This document shows positions 1 to 13,886 of a stretch of DNA of 64,000 nt, piece by piece. The notes beneath the pieces were generated by a model. The model was not told where the DNA came from. It saw nothing but the letters and a program-made list of their open reading frames with translations, and made no database searches. Positions within the stretch are counted from its first letter, which is position 1, and every line of letters begins with the position of its first letter. This DNA comes from Felis catus (taxonomy: Eukaryota), in contig NC_058383.1 of the NCBI RefSeq assembly GCF_018350175.1, forward strand, positions 5,892,001-5,956,000, read 5' to 3'. Position numbers and translations under genes: made by a program.

Positions 1-3000
1 GCCCTGGGGAGCCCTAGACTTACGGGGTTTGTGCTAACTCCCGGGGGCACAGAATTCTGGGGTAATCTGAACTGAACTGTAGTACAAAATTGTAGTACAC
101 CCAGTTGGTTTTCCCTTCTCATTCAACGGGGAAAATATTCCCACACATACTCCTAAAAGGAATCAGGAGTCCCCAGATCCTTCTCTGTCACAGGAGGCTG
201 GCGTGGCCAAGAGGCTTTTCTTTGGCACAACTGGTTCCCACACTGGGGACGAGCAGGCTTTAGCATGAAACCTTGGCCTGAAAAAGCCAGTTACCCGCTC
301 CTTCTTATGTCCTCAGCTCGAGGTGCCCCAAAGCCACCACGCCATCCGTTCAGAAACAAACGCATAAATATACACAAAGACTACAGGTCCAGGTGCACAT
401 GCCCAAATCACCTTTCCCAAGTGGCAGAGGAGCCCCGAGCGAGTGCGTGTCCTGGGGAGGACTCCGTCGTGACTCGGGGTGCCGTGTGGACACAGGCTGA
501 GGGAAGTAAAGGCTCCCCCCACTTTCCTCGCATCGAAGCCTTCCCACAGCCCCACTGTTGGGAGGAGTTCCTGGCAGTGATCTATTTGTAGCGTCGCTAT
601 TTAACCGGGTGACTTGCCTTGGCAGCCACTGAGATCTCGGATCTAACAGATTTGAAACTTAATCCCCGCAGCGCCAACAAAGCCCTGCTCTTTTCATGTG
701 GCTAAAAACGTACGGCATCCAGACATGGCTCAGTTGTGCTGTCTACGTGGCATTTAAAACACCTCTGCCCACGTGGGGCATCCACATGAGCCAGGTTTCC
801 TAGTAGGAGTGTGATCTTCAAAAACATAAAATAAAATAAGGCGTGGGGAAAAGGCTCAGAACTGGCTCTGGCAGCAGCATGCTTAGCTCACTGGAAGAGA
901 GAGTGAAGCTCCCCCTTCCTCTCGTCAGTACGGCCCAGAATTGGGGGGAGAGGAAGCCGAGAGAGTGGGGTTGTGCAAATGGGCTGAAAGGGCTGCGTGC
1001 ACGTTTCAGGAGAGTTCTGTGGCCCCAGGGCTTGACACGTTCCGAAAGGGTTCTGCACGGTTTAAGGAAAGGATCCAAAGCCCTTTGAACACCTTCATCT
1101 CACTCTGTTTACACTGTTGGCTGGAAGAGAGCCAACATCCACATGGCTGGCCCCTGCTTCCGGCTTCCTCTCCTCTTTGCTTATTTTCTTCATGATGTAT
1201 CACAACATCTGTTTCCCTGATTATCATCCAAGATCGGAGCCCTGGGGAGGCAGGATCTGGTCCGTCTTCTCTCTGTCGCACCTCTGGACTCAGCATGTTG
1301 CCCGCACACAGTTGGAGCTGAATAAATGTTTCGTAAGGAAGCCTCCTAGCTGGCCTCCCTGCTTCTGGCCTCACCCGTTTCACCTGCCTACTCAGCCCAC
1401 CACCTGAGATGCTGCTCAGGTAACAGGTGACAGGGGGAGGGCGTTTACTTCCGGCCTGGCCTGCGTGAAGCCCCTGCCCTGGTGGTACAAGTCCCTAACC
1501 TGGCCAGGTCCTCTTATGCCCTCCTCAGCCTGGGTCTTCGAGGCATCCTCAGCCTCGCATGCCCGTGCCCTCCCCTTGCCTCTCAGTCTTCCTTCATCAC
1601 GCATTTGCTGTTTCCTTTTCAGCTCAGGCCCCACGGCACCGTGCACAAAAAGGGGCTTGGTGACTACTGAACAAAAACGTCAGACACCCCGTGTCACCAA
1701 GCTGGGCCTCACACCAAGCAAGTCTTCTCTTTTAAAGACTCACCGTGTATATAATGTGCCACCATAAGTTCTTTTTGTCAGTACTTGAATGGAGCTGCAG
1801 CCAGTTGGGGGAAAAAAAGTCTGTTTTTCATCTAGTGGAAAAAACAACCCAATATCAGGGAACTCAGCCATTTGCACATCCGGATCCTCTTACCACAAAC
1901 GGCTTAAGTGCCCAGACATGCCGCTGATCCCCTTCTAGATGGTTCTGGTGCCAGAGCCAAATGAAATTCCAGGCGGCAGGGGACAGAGCTCTCTGTGGCT
2001 TCCTGGAAGTATGGTCATTGATGAGACTTGATATTAGCGGCTTCTGCAAACAGCCAGGACCCTGGTAATTGCTCCTCAGAGCTAGTGCCCAGAGGCTGGG
2101 CGGGCAGGTGCATGGAGTAATGGACCGGTACCCAGGGAAGGAAAGCATGGGTGTTGGGGAGGGTGGCCGCGCAATCAATGAGAGGAAAAAGACTTGTGAG
2201 TCTGACAGCCATTCAGAGAAATATTCTGAAACTCATCTGCTCTTCTTTCCTTGGGTTTACGGCTTTTTGGCGGTGGGGATGGGGGTGGGAGGGCAAATAA
2301 ACTTTATGCTATTGAAAAGCCCTGCTGTAATGGCCCCCAGAAGACGGAGGTCGAATACCGAAGGGTCCCAACGGAGCCTCCTTCCTTACTCATGAACTTG
2401 TAAGCATGAGAGCAGCTTCTCTCCACGTACCCCGCCCCCCCGCCCCGCCCCCTGACTCCAAGGGTGTCTGCATTCGGTAACGGGTCAGCTGTAGCCTCTG
2501 TTCACCTGGCCGGGTTTCCCCGGGTCTCAGTGACCAAAAGCAGCGATTAACTTTTTCTCGCAGCCATCTGCACCTATCCGGTACAAAACACGACTTTTGG
2601 TTAAATTAACAAGAAGAGTAATGACGACTGATGACTGCTTATATTGGCACAGTACGTCCGAAGGAACAATATGGTCAGGAAGGCTGAGGGAAGGGCAGAT
2701 AGCGGAGGTGGGACTGGCCGCTCCTGAAGTTAACCCCCTGTTCGTTGTGCTGCCGTCTTCCTCGGTTCCCCCTCCCACAGAAGCAGAAAATGACGGTGAG
2801 CGTTTTCTTGAGGTCCAAAGCTCGTGGAGGCCCCAACCGTCAGCCATTGCAGCTTTCAGCTCAATCGTGACATACTGGGCTCCCCAAGAGCAGCAGGGCC
2901 CTCTGACTGACCTCTCTTTCAGGAGGGTCCTGTTTGTGCTGCCCAGGCCACAGCACTGAGAGTCTGGGGCAGGGGCGGGGGTTGGTGAGATTAGTTGGAG

Positions 3001-3579
3001 ACTACCTAGGGTTGCTGTAGCTCCCCCTGTCTGTAAACTTCCAGGAAGCGTGCAAAGCTGGCCTCTGACCTGGAATCAGACCGTGTTCCACTTTTTTTTT
3101 TTTTCCCAAGAAATAGAGTCACCTCTTCTTTGGAACATGACGAATATTTCAAACATGAGCACCCAATGGTGTCTCCCCAGCATTCTTCTGCCCCACAGTG
3201 CCTGGGTCCTCACGTTGCTTTCTGGCTGCTCAGAATCCCCACAAGGGAGTGCGGACATCTTCTCCCAGGAGGCTTTTTCTTTACACGCAGTGTGGCATGC
3301 CGAGTCTCATACCTCTTGCTGAGAGAGCATGGGCTCTCCCACTGGCTAATCTGAAGGACTAGTTCATCAGTTACTAAAGACTGACAAGAATAGTTAGTGA
3401 TGTGGTGCCTTGATGTGCCTAGATGATACATTTGAACAGGATTTTGACAAAAGCCGAGAGTAGAAATGGGGCACCAGCGGGCACGGGGGGAGATGTCTGG
3501 TATAGAAACTTAGCGACAGTTCACAGTGGCTCAGCTGTCAAGAGACCTGACCACAGAGAGAGGAAGAGTGTGTCATTTA

Positions 3580-3794
3580 TTTATTAAAAATTTTTTTCTA
3601 ACATTTATTCATTTTGGAGAGACAGAGTGTGAGCGGGGGAGGGTCAGACAGAGAGGGAGACACAGAATCCGAAGTAGGCTCCAGGCTCTGAGCTGTCAGC
3701 ACAGAGTCCAAAGCGAGGCTTGAACCCACGAACCGTGAGATCATGACCTGAGCTGAAGCTGGACACTTAACCTACTGAGCCACCCAGGCTCCCC
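3580..3794 (-). mobile_element. Feline CAN-SINE (tRNA-derived)
   Basis: Typical body, (CT)n region and A-tail on the minus strand; perfect TSD AGAGTGTGTCATTTA at 3565-3579 and 3795-3809. Confidence 0.93.
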
Positions 3795-6700
3795 AGAGTG
3801 TGTCATTTAATTGAGCCCCTGCTGGGCTGTCAGACCTCTCTGTGTCTCAATTTGCTTGTTTTCTTCTTCAGTTTGCTTTCTGTAACTCTCTGCATGCAAC
3901 CTGTGTCTCCGGAAGTAAGCATCAAATTTCTTGTACACTCTGATTCCTCTCTGCCAGGGCTGCTGAGGGAGGGCAAGGTGGGGACATGGGGAGGGAAAGA
4001 CAGGTGCCTGCCTGGCCATGTGGGACAGTCCTTACAGGAGCTAAGCAGAGCTCCTGTTCTGGGGGTTCAGTGGACCCTTTCTGTCTGGCCAGACCCCCCC
4101 ACCCACTCCCTGGAATGGCCAGATCACCCTGAGGGGGCCATTCTAGTGGGAGCTGCCAACTATAGCACCTTAGCTCAGGGATTGGCCCAAGGGGAGGGCA
4201 CATGATTTGAGCCAGGCCAATCAGAGTGCTTCCCTGGGATTTTAAAATTTGTATTCCCTCCTCTTGGGCTGCCAAGCTGTGAGGAGGTGAGTTCAGAGCT
4301 GCCATGGCTGAGCATCTTTTTTTCACAAGGAAAAAGGCCATCCACAGTGGGAAATAAAGGAGTTGACGTGTGGAGGGAAATGGAAGCAAGAGACAGGGTG
4401 GAGAGGCCTGGCAGTGTCCAAAGTCCCCAGAGCCAGCTCAAGGTGGGGGTGTGGAGAGCAAGGGGCAAAACCAGAAGACGCAGTGGCAGAAACGGAGACA
4501 TGGTGGGGGTTACTGAAAAGAAATGGGTGGACAACAGCAGAGAATGACAACGGAAAATCACCATGACCTTGACGGGGCAGCTGGGACAACTGTCTGCAGA
4601 CCAGTGCCCACTGATCACCAGCTGCCTGGAGGGATGCTGTTTTCTAGTTTTCCCAAGGTGCCATTCACAGTGGCCTTGGGAGTCTCTCTCTCTCTGGAAC
4701 CGTTTAACGAGGGCCAGCCTCTGCCCCTGCCTGTGTACGAGATACAGGGCAAAGGAGACAAATGCAGACTTGTGCTCACAGTGTCTAGTCAATGTGCACG
4801 TTACTGTGCCTGTGAGGAGGGTCACGGGAGAACTTCAGGGGCTGAGAGCCCAGAGGAGGGAAGTGTCTGGGTGGGCTTCCCGGAGGAGGCAGCAGGGATA
4901 GCGAAGCCTAAGTGAATCACGGCCATCGGGCCCCTCTGAGTCTGCAATATTCATGCCTTAACCAGGTGGAGGCTTTCGTATTGCTCAGTTTTTTCACATC
5001 TCTTTTATTTGACCCTAAAAGCAGCCGCTTCAGGAGAGGAAGGCAAATGTTACGACCGCCATTTTATAATGAAATCCTGGAGTATCGACTCTTGAAGTGG
5101 CCTAAGGCAAGGGGAGAAAACATCACTTATTGAGCACCTTTTATGTGCTGGGAACTCTGCAACAACCACGTTTACTCTCCCGGTCCACTGCGAGTTTGGT
5201 GAACTAGCACTTTCACTGACAGAGAGACTGAGGCTCGGCTGATGCAGGTGAAGAGCTCCCAGCTCTGCGGGAAGCCGTTTTCCAGGCTGGAGCGAGGCTG
5301 TCAGGGTTGCCCGAAAAAGAAAACTCCTCTCCTACTAGCTCCACCACCAAAGGGGCCCGACTGGCTCACAGAATGGGAAGGTTCAACGATGAGGTGGATT
5401 GCAGGGTTGGTTTGATTCAGCAGCTCAATAAAGCCATCAAGCACCCGGTTTTCCTTCAGGCTCTGCCTTCCAGGGTGGCAGCTTCGTCATCAAGCAGCCT
5501 CCCTCGCGGTGGCAAAAGGGCCTCCAGAGTTTCAACCTGGAGCAACCACTACCACACTTTCCTTTTGAGATATGGTAAAATCAGAAAAGCAAAGGTGTGT
5601 TTTTTTCCTAGGAGGTTCCTAGCAAATTTTCCTTACGTGTCATTCCCCCAAACTGGAACACAGGTCCGTCCCTGAGGCGGTGTCAGGAATGCTGTGGGCT
5701 GACTGGCTGAGCCCTGGGTCACCTGAAACAGTCACCCGTGGCAGCAGGGACGGGATCACCCTGTTTAGAGGGCCAGAGTTCGTCGCATGCACAGGTGGAC
5801 AGCTCACGGAAGCCCGATGTTTCACGGGAGTCTGGCCCTGTTATGTGCTTGGGCGGGGGACGCTGGCAGGCAGCCGGCGGAGTCCCCAGTGTTGCTGGTG
5901 GCTTCTTTTCCACGTTCACAGGACTGAACAAACAGCTTTGCATATTCACGGAAGCAGCAGAGCCTCGGACTGGATGCATGGGTGCATTTCTAGCCTCTCA
6001 GGGAAGGAAACAGCTAGATGAAGAGGCTCTCAAAGGATTTGGTGTTCTCGATGGTCTTCTGGAGGACATTTTTCGTGATCCCTGCAAACTTGCGCACAGT
6101 CAGAAACGGAGCCCACATCAGGGCTTGTTGTTGCCTAGTTGACTCAGGCACAGGAGCCCTTTGGCAGGTGGGAGGAGGGGAAGGTGGGTGCCTCTGCCTG
6201 GGTGCCCTAGGAGCTGACGGCACCGGGCCCCGGGCAGTCATGGTGGTAGGCCAACTCACCCAGGTGGAGAGACTCAGGCACCCAGAGTGTTTGATGAGGT
6301 GCTCAACCCCATCTCCCCCAACCCAGAGGGTACATCAACTCTGCTTCCACGAGGTGTGGATGAAGAGAAGGCTGTTAGTTAACTGTGGGCCCCAGGCTGT
6401 TCATGCATCCATCCTCTGTTACTGCCAGGAGCCGGTTCAAGTTCACATAGGTCCTGGCCCAGGCAGCGCCCACAGGCTCTTCCCTCTTGCCCCTGGTTTA
6501 TTTGTCCAGCTCTCATTGTCTGAGCTGCACCTGGGAGTCAAGCCCAGAGCTGAGTGCTGGCCGAGCAGAGATGGGTGGTAGCCCGTGCCCTTGAGCGCAC
6601 AGGACCGAGGGGGGCAGGAGGGAGACGCTCGGCGGGGTGAGTTGTGGAGCACCCGGGCAGAGAGGAACTTGAGAAGCACTGAGTATCCCTGGAGGTATGT

Positions 6701-8629
6701 GGGCACCAAGCCATGAAAGGCCGTGGTATGTTTGGGGAACAGAAGTAAAACAAGAGGGTACAGGGACTGGTTGTGTGCAGGGAGGGGTGGTGGCAGCAAA
6801 TGAGGCTTTAGGGGTAAACTGAGGCTGGACAGTAATGGCCTCAGGAGAGACGTCTCAATGGAACAGAAAATGGAGACGCACGCCTGCAGGCAGATGGGTT
6901 CATGGGACCTAATGCATCTGGCAGGCTGTGGCAGTGAGATGGAGGGGGTCGAGGAGGGGGTGGTACAGGCATCAGGGGAGGAATGCTGGGTCAGGCAGAG
7001 AGGATTTCCCGTCGGGTGTAGCAGGTGGCAAGAGACAAGGTTACCTTCAATGTACTTGTGTGGCTTAGAAAATCTGGTTAAAAGACACAGGCATGGGGGC
7101 CAGGCTCAAGTCGGGAGATGACGGTTCAGCACGCTGTGCGCTTGGGACGTTCCGGAGTGTCCAGAGGGCACGGCACAGATGCAGGGCAAGGATGGGGGCG
7201 CAGGAGTTGACACACCACCCTTTTTATTTTGCACATTCCCTTCCAGTGTTTGTTCCCGTGAGAGGCACACGCAGCTCCCCAAATGCAGACAACGTGGGCT
7301 GAAGTCCAGCTCCCATGACCACCAGGCACGAGGCAAGTCGCCAGACTGAGCCTTGTTTCCTGGTCCGCGATGCCGGGATAACAGTCTCTACCCCACAAGG
7401 CTGTCGCGGGCATTAACTGAGATGATGAGGTCAGCTCTGTGCCTGGCACAGGACGTGTGAGCGGGACACAGCGGCAGCCGCTGGGATGACATATGTGTGT
7501 ATGCGCTTAGGAAGGCCAGGGCACAATTGCTTTCTGAACCACGCCACTTCCCCGGTCCTTGGACAGGAATGGCCCTGGTGGGCTGCCTCCACAGAAACCA
7601 AAGGAAGCGTTGCTCCTGCATTCTCTGAGGGGGCGCCTAGGCTGTCAAGGGGTTCTGGTTTTCGGGGGGTTCCGGTTTTCAGGTGGTTCTCTCTGGGACA
7701 GATGTGGCTGGGCTGCTACACAGCAGGGCACGTGGAGAACACAATTCGGTCTCTTGCCTGCTCCTCCCCTCCACCTGCTCGAGGGCAGGACCACTGGATG
7801 CAGGGTCAGGTGGTTTTACCTGCTGTAATTAATTCACACGATACAGGATTGTTCCTGAAGAGCCTTTGGAGGGCCCACTGATAGCGGCACCGGGCATCAA
7901 CACCCCGAACCGTCAGGGCCTCCAATGAGGGGCAGCTGCTGCCTGATCCTCGTGAATGACAAGCACCGCTCAGACATTCACTTTCCCATTTCTCGTACGT
8001 TGTGTTCTGGCTTTAGACAATGAGATGCATACGCGGAGCCCAGGAGAACAGCTGATCCACATCTCTGGCTCTGAAGACTCGTGATTTCAGTGGAAGTAAT
8101 GAGCAGAGACAAATAGTGAAGGCCTTGCCCTCACCACCGGGCTGATGAAACTCCGGCTGCGGGGACCACCTGGGGTCCTCCTACCTCAGGGCCTCCGTGT
8201 GTCCAAAGCATCAGGATCTATTTGGCTCCAGCCTCAGTCAGACCTCAAAGGCTGTTCCCAAAAGATCATGCAAAATCCGAGGCACGAATTGGAGATCAGT
8301 GGCTAGAAGAAGTGGAATTTTTGCAGTGAAAATTCTGTTACATCTGGTTTGCTCCCATCAGTTATATTTCATACAGTTTCTCTGATACCCCATCAGAAGA
8401 ATACTGAGTAGGGGGGCTGGTTGTACACCTTTACTCATGCCAACGAAAGAAGGGGAATGCATCTGAGAATCTATGAGACTCTGGCAGGCATGAAGCCCAG
8501 CCCATGTGGCAGTTTCTTAGTTTCGTGGACTGATTGACCCCCCACCGCGGACTCAGCACTGTGCTATCTGTGACAAGGCCTGACCAACAGGCTCCTATTG
8601 TGGACGACTGGATGGCTTGATGGACTGAT

Positions 8630-8665
8630 GAGAGAAAGAAAAGAAAAATAAAAGAAGAAAAGAAG

Positions 8666-8737
<72 letters not shown>

Positions 8738-8820
8738 AAAGAAAAGAAAGAAAAAGAGAGAGGAAGGAAGGAAGGAAGGAAGGAAGGAAGGAAGGAAGGA
8801 AGGAAGGAAGGAAGGAGGAA
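8630..8820. repeat. Compound (GAAA)n-(GGAA)n purine microsatellite
   Basis: Read directly. Confidence 0.97.
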
Positions 8821-9853
8821 CTTGTTCTCGTCTTCACAGGGATTCCTTGGCATGCTGTAACTGACCTGTCTGGTCCTCATCATAAATCCTTAGGTAGAGT
8901 CCGTTACAGGGCGTGAGTGTCTGTCTGTCCTCCTGACACCCAGGAGTGAGGACTTCCTGGTTTCCCGTGAGCAGCCTTGAGTTCCTGCGTTTTAGTCCGG
9001 CTCCTCTGGCAGAAAGGACAGCACAAGTCTGGGGAGGACTCAGCCCCACGTAGACTTTCTGCCTCAGAGAACAGCAGAAGACTCCCTTTCACTTTTTAGT
9101 AGATTCTGCCTTAGGTGGAGGAGGGGGCTGCTCCCCACTCCTGGAGGGCGTGTGCCACACTTGAGAAAACCCCCAGGTGAACCTCGGGAAGGAAGTGCCG
9201 GTCAGAGCAGAGAGGCCAGGGGCATTCTTCATCCGAGGAGGGTGTGCGTCCTGGGAGAGCTATTTCCAAGGACCCTTGCTGAGATACGCCACCACCAACA
9301 GAACTGAAATCCAGGGCACCCAATTAATCCTGGCTCCCAGCACGTGAGCCCCACCTCCCCCCAGGCAGGGAAGGAGCTCTTCAACAGGCTGGGGGAGAGA
9401 AAGCTCAGGGCCTGGGGCAGCCAGCGCAAGGCTGACGCCAGTGGCTGCGGTCAGGGTCAGGACTGCAGAGAAGAGGGTGGGGTCCAATCTGCATTCCTTC
9501 CATCGCGTGATCCTGAATTCCTGAATCCCTGAATCGAGAAAGGAAGACAGGGAGGTTCCCAGAGGAATCCACGAGGCCATGCCTATTCTGTTCCCACAGG
9601 GAGAGGGATGAACCCAGGCTGGGGATGAGGAACCCTAGGCTGTGACAATCATATTTAAATAGTGGTAGTGGATTTCTGGATGTTTGGAGGTCACTCTGGC
9701 TTTCAAGAACGTGGCAGTTCCTGGGTCCTGAGTTCCAGAGTAACCACTGATGATGCGGGGCGGTGGTGGTGGTGGGGGTGAGGGGAGTCTTAGCTTCAAT
9801 CTAAATTTATATTTCTATTTAGGTTAGCTAATCTAAGAGCAGGCAAGACAAAG

Positions 9854-9855
<2 letters not shown>

Positions 9856-9888
<33 letters not shown>
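9856..9888. repeat. (TG)n microsatellite
   Basis: Read directly. Confidence 0.97.
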
Positions 9889-9890
<2 letters not shown>

Positions 9891-12576
9891 GGGGGAACCC
9901 TTGATCCACAGCATTGGCCTTTGCTTTGAGACATTTCTGGCTCGGATTTGAAAGTCTGTGCTGACATTTGTCTTTTTTCTCCATGGAGGCTGCTCTCCCT
10001 GTGTCATTAGGACACTGGCACCACAACTATTTCTGATGCTGAGTTCCTTTCTGTCCGGGCCAGATGCTATGGCAATTATCATTAAAAAAAAACACACACA
10101 CAATCTGATAAAGAACTCGCTTCACAGGCTTAACTAAATTAATAGACTAAGTCTTGTGACCAGATAGACTTTCCTTTTATTGGCTGACACTGGAAAGTTC
10201 TCAGGCATCTGTCTGCAAAGAACAAAAGGAGCCTAGATCTCTTTATTTCTGTCCAGATTCGTTCCCCTGCCCCGAAACCCTGGCTCGGTGTAAGACAAGA
10301 CATTCCACAGAAACAAAATGATTCCCCCGACAAAGGAAGCCTAGTGCCTGTAAGACGCATCTGAAAGGCCAGAGAGAACTGTTTTCTGATTCCATTAGGG
10401 GCACCACTGGTTGGGGGAGCAATTTTTTTTTAAAAAAAGTTCCATCTTCACGCGGTATACGGTTTTGAAGTTTTTGCCCCCAATTACTGCAGTGGTGGCA
10501 GGATGTGGATTAATTTGGAAATAGGGAAAAACTTCAGGACAGGTGGAGGGGGCCACTCTGGTGGGAGCTGGGGTCTCACTTCCCAGGTAGCAAAGTTAAT
10601 GGGTATTAACGAGCTGCCAGGGTGGAATCATCAGCTATGCCCTTGGCAACCAGCCCGAACATGGACACAATTTTACAGAAGGCCAGGGGATCCCGTCCTG
10701 CCCGGAGAAGCTGATGCCTTAGTTCCCAAGCATCCCTTATCTTGGTTTGCTCCTCCCAGATGATGGCAGCATTGGTGGTGTGAGCCCAGAGCTCACAGCC
10801 AGGAGGAGCCTCCCCCACTTGGATGGGAACCAATAGTCTCAGGGTAATAGCATCACACCCCCTCCTTCTGTGTGGGGTCAAAGGAAATGATCCACATAGG
10901 ATGGGCTGACCCCAGACAACACTGGCCCCCTGCTTCATCACTCATTGGCTGGTGAGCCGTTGACAATTCCCAAGCCTTAGTTGTCTTGTCTATAAAATGG
11001 GCACAGCGACAACACCTATATAAAGGGCAGTGAGGGATAAATAAGAAAACAGCTGTGGGAAAAAATGGAAGCTGTAAAATGCTCTTGTGCTTGTGATGTT
11101 GCCATTCTGGTTGCTGCCCACTGTGCTGTGTCAAGGGCACCTTTGGAGAAGAGAACGGAGTGGGAAGAGTCCAAGAGGAGCAGAGATTTCTTCTGATACC
11201 CCCAACACCACGTTCTCCCCCTACTCCAGTCGCTCTGCCAGCCATTGTTGACCAGAAGTAGGACTCTTCTTCCTTCCTGAGAAAAGTGAGCCTGACAAGC
11301 AAAGGAATCCCCCGCTTCCTCTGGGGCTTCACCACTGCTCCCACCTGAGGCAGTTGTGTCCCTGTCCTGTCACGATCACGGACAGTGACCGACTTGATGG
11401 TAGGAACCAGGCCACTCAGCTGACGAGTGGTGACAACGTGGTCGCCTTGGCTGCCTTACTGGAGGAGCAGCTGGGCCCCCAAGGGGCCCCCCGGAGATAA
11501 AAATTGTTTTTCATTTCTATCTGATTTCCTAGTATCAGTAAATGCCCCCTGGCCGCTACAATGCTGTTAAAAATGCACCAGCAGACCCTGGTGGACACCA
11601 ATTAACCTCCAAAACAAGGAACAGGAAAGGAAACGTGCTGTGGCAGGAGGCCACCCCCACTCCTTCCCATCCGTGTCTGGAGATGGTGAGGGACACCTTT
11701 TTCTCACGTACTGAATGTGTACTAAAAATGAGTAAGAACTGAACAGAACAGTCAGTAGAGATCCAGTGTTCGCTTCTGAATGGTTCTCTGGCAACAGGTA
11801 ACTGAGCTTGCTCCCAGAAACGGCGCTCTGCACGGATGAGCAGGACACAGTGGCCTCCCTGAGAGGCGTGCCCGGTCAGAGCCGCGCCCCGCGGCGGGGA
11901 GCAGGGGTCGTGGATGTGCCACGGGAAGAAGGCAGAGGCTCATCCGCACAATGACCTGCGGGAGGCTGGGGCCGGAGTTCCGGGCCCCCCAAGTGGCCAG
12001 AAGACCATTTCCTTGTTGGTCTCTGAGCATACACGGAGCAGCACCTTGTCAGTGGGTGTGATTCCTGTGACGTTGTGACGTCCAACAGCCCCCATTAATT
12101 CACACTCGGAGCCAGCATGACTCATGGCCTTGAATCAGCCATTGTTGAGTCTGAGGGAGGCAAATGCAAAAACCAGTGGGAAAAGGTGTTGAGAGGGAAC
12201 GTTCTGTTCTGTCCTCCCGTGAGAAGTGCCTGTTTGGCAGAGCTGTGGCAGGGACAATGATCTGGGAGATGTCCTTGACAATTCTCAGGCTGTCAGGCTG
12301 AGAGGCAGCGAAGATGGGGCCGTCACTGGCAGCTCGTGATGAAAGGAGTAGAACAAGAATCCATTCATTTAGTCACAGCTATTTATTAGGCTTCTCCCCG
12401 TGACCAGCACCATTCCAGTCGCTGCAAATATGCCGGCGATCAAGGGACCGTCCTTCTCATGCAGTTTAGCGGGGATACAGACAAGGAAAATGGGTGCTCT
12501 CCTATCAGTTTTCCTGAAGCTTCTGGGAGCCAACGCTCAATTCCGTGTAGGTGTGTTGAGATAGTTGGGGAAATTC

Positions 12577-13118
12577 TACCTTAGTCTGTTCCAGCCGCTA
12601 CAATAAGAATACCACAGACTAGCTGGCTTACAAACAACACACCTTTATTTCTTGCAGTTCTGGAGGCTGGGAAGTCCAGGATCATGGCACTGGTGTTTAG
12701 TAAGAGCTGGCTCCTAGACTGTCTTCTTGCTGTGTCCTCACATGGTGGAAGGGGCTATGAGGCTCTCTGGGGTCCCTTTTACTAGGGCACTAGTCTCATT
12801 CATGAGGACAGAACCCTTACACCCTCATGACTTAGTCACCTCCTAAGGGCCTCACTTTTTTTTTTTTTTTTTTTTTGCAAGTTTATTTATTTATTTTGAG
12901 AGAGGGAATGCAGCAGCAGAGGAGGGACAGAGAATCCCAAGCAGGCTCCACACTATCAGCACAGGGCCCCACCATGACCTCAGCTGAAATCAAGATTAGG
13001 ACACTCAACTGACTGAGCCACCCAGGTGCCCCTGAAGAACCCACCTCCTAACACCACCACCTTTGGGGTCGGATTTCAATATAGGAATTTGGGGGGACAC
13101 AAACATGCAGATATGGTC
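12577..13118. mobile_element. MaLR solo LTR (MLT1A-like), interrupted by a CAN-SINE
   Basis: MLT1 hallmarks ataccacagact..ggcttacaaacaac..tttatttct..cagttctggaggctgggaagtcc and the terminal gaatttggggggacacaaacat. Confidence 0.8.
12856..13032 (-). mobile_element. Older CAN-SINE with internal deletion, inside the MLT1 LTR
   Basis: T-run, then gagaatcccaagcaggctcc...catgacctcagctgaaatcaaga...gagccacccaggtgcccc. Confidence 0.85.
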
Positions 13119-13479
13119 CCTGCCCTCACAGAGTGGCCTTCTCGTGGAAGAGGTACCCGCGGGCAGTGGTGAGGCATCCTGAAAGATCGGGGAAGTAAGG
13201 GCGAGAAGGTTCACCTTGGAGAAGCTGAATTATGGACTCGAGACCTCCTACATCAGAGCTCAGTGCGCAAAGTCACCTTAAGAGAGAGTCGGTCAGCAGG
13301 GCTGTAATTGGATTTAATGCGGAACTTACATCAAGAAAGACCGTGCGGTGCAGAAAACAAATCACCGGAGAGGACCCCCTCCCCCGCCTGCCCAGCACAG
13401 CTGGGGATTTGGCGCCCTGGTCCCACCCTGCGGCAGGGGTGTCCTTGTGGCCCGGAGGCACTTCCCGGGCTGCTCGTGG

Positions 13480-13886
13480 GTGGCAGCTTGCACTATTCGT
13501 ACCCAACTCTTCCTTCCCTCCCTGCCCTTGCTATGCTTTCCCTGAGGCGAGTCTATTCCCAGCCCCGTTGTCTTTGGCCTTGGCTTGCTTCAGCCAGTGG
13601 AATGTTCGCAGCCGTGATGTGAGCAGGGGCCTAAACGTGCCTGCGTGTTTGCCTGCTTCTTATGCTTCTGCCATTTGCCCCGAGAAGAGTTTGTCCCAGA
13701 AGCCCCTTCAGTCCGGGTCCCCAGAATGAGACACACGTGGAGCTGACCTGACCCCACACTGCAGCCCGAAATAGGGCCTCCATAGTCCACCTGCAAACTT
13801 GTGAATGGGGAATGAACACTGGTGGTTTAGGCCAGTGAGGTGTTGGGTTTGTTATGTGACATCATCATATAACACCTGACTGATAC
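13480..13886 (+). mobile_element. Old MaLR LTR (MLT1H/I/J-like)
   Basis: ttggcttgcttcagccagtggaatg...cccagaatgagacacacgtggagc...gccagtgag...ttgttatg...ctgactgataca end. Confidence 0.6.
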
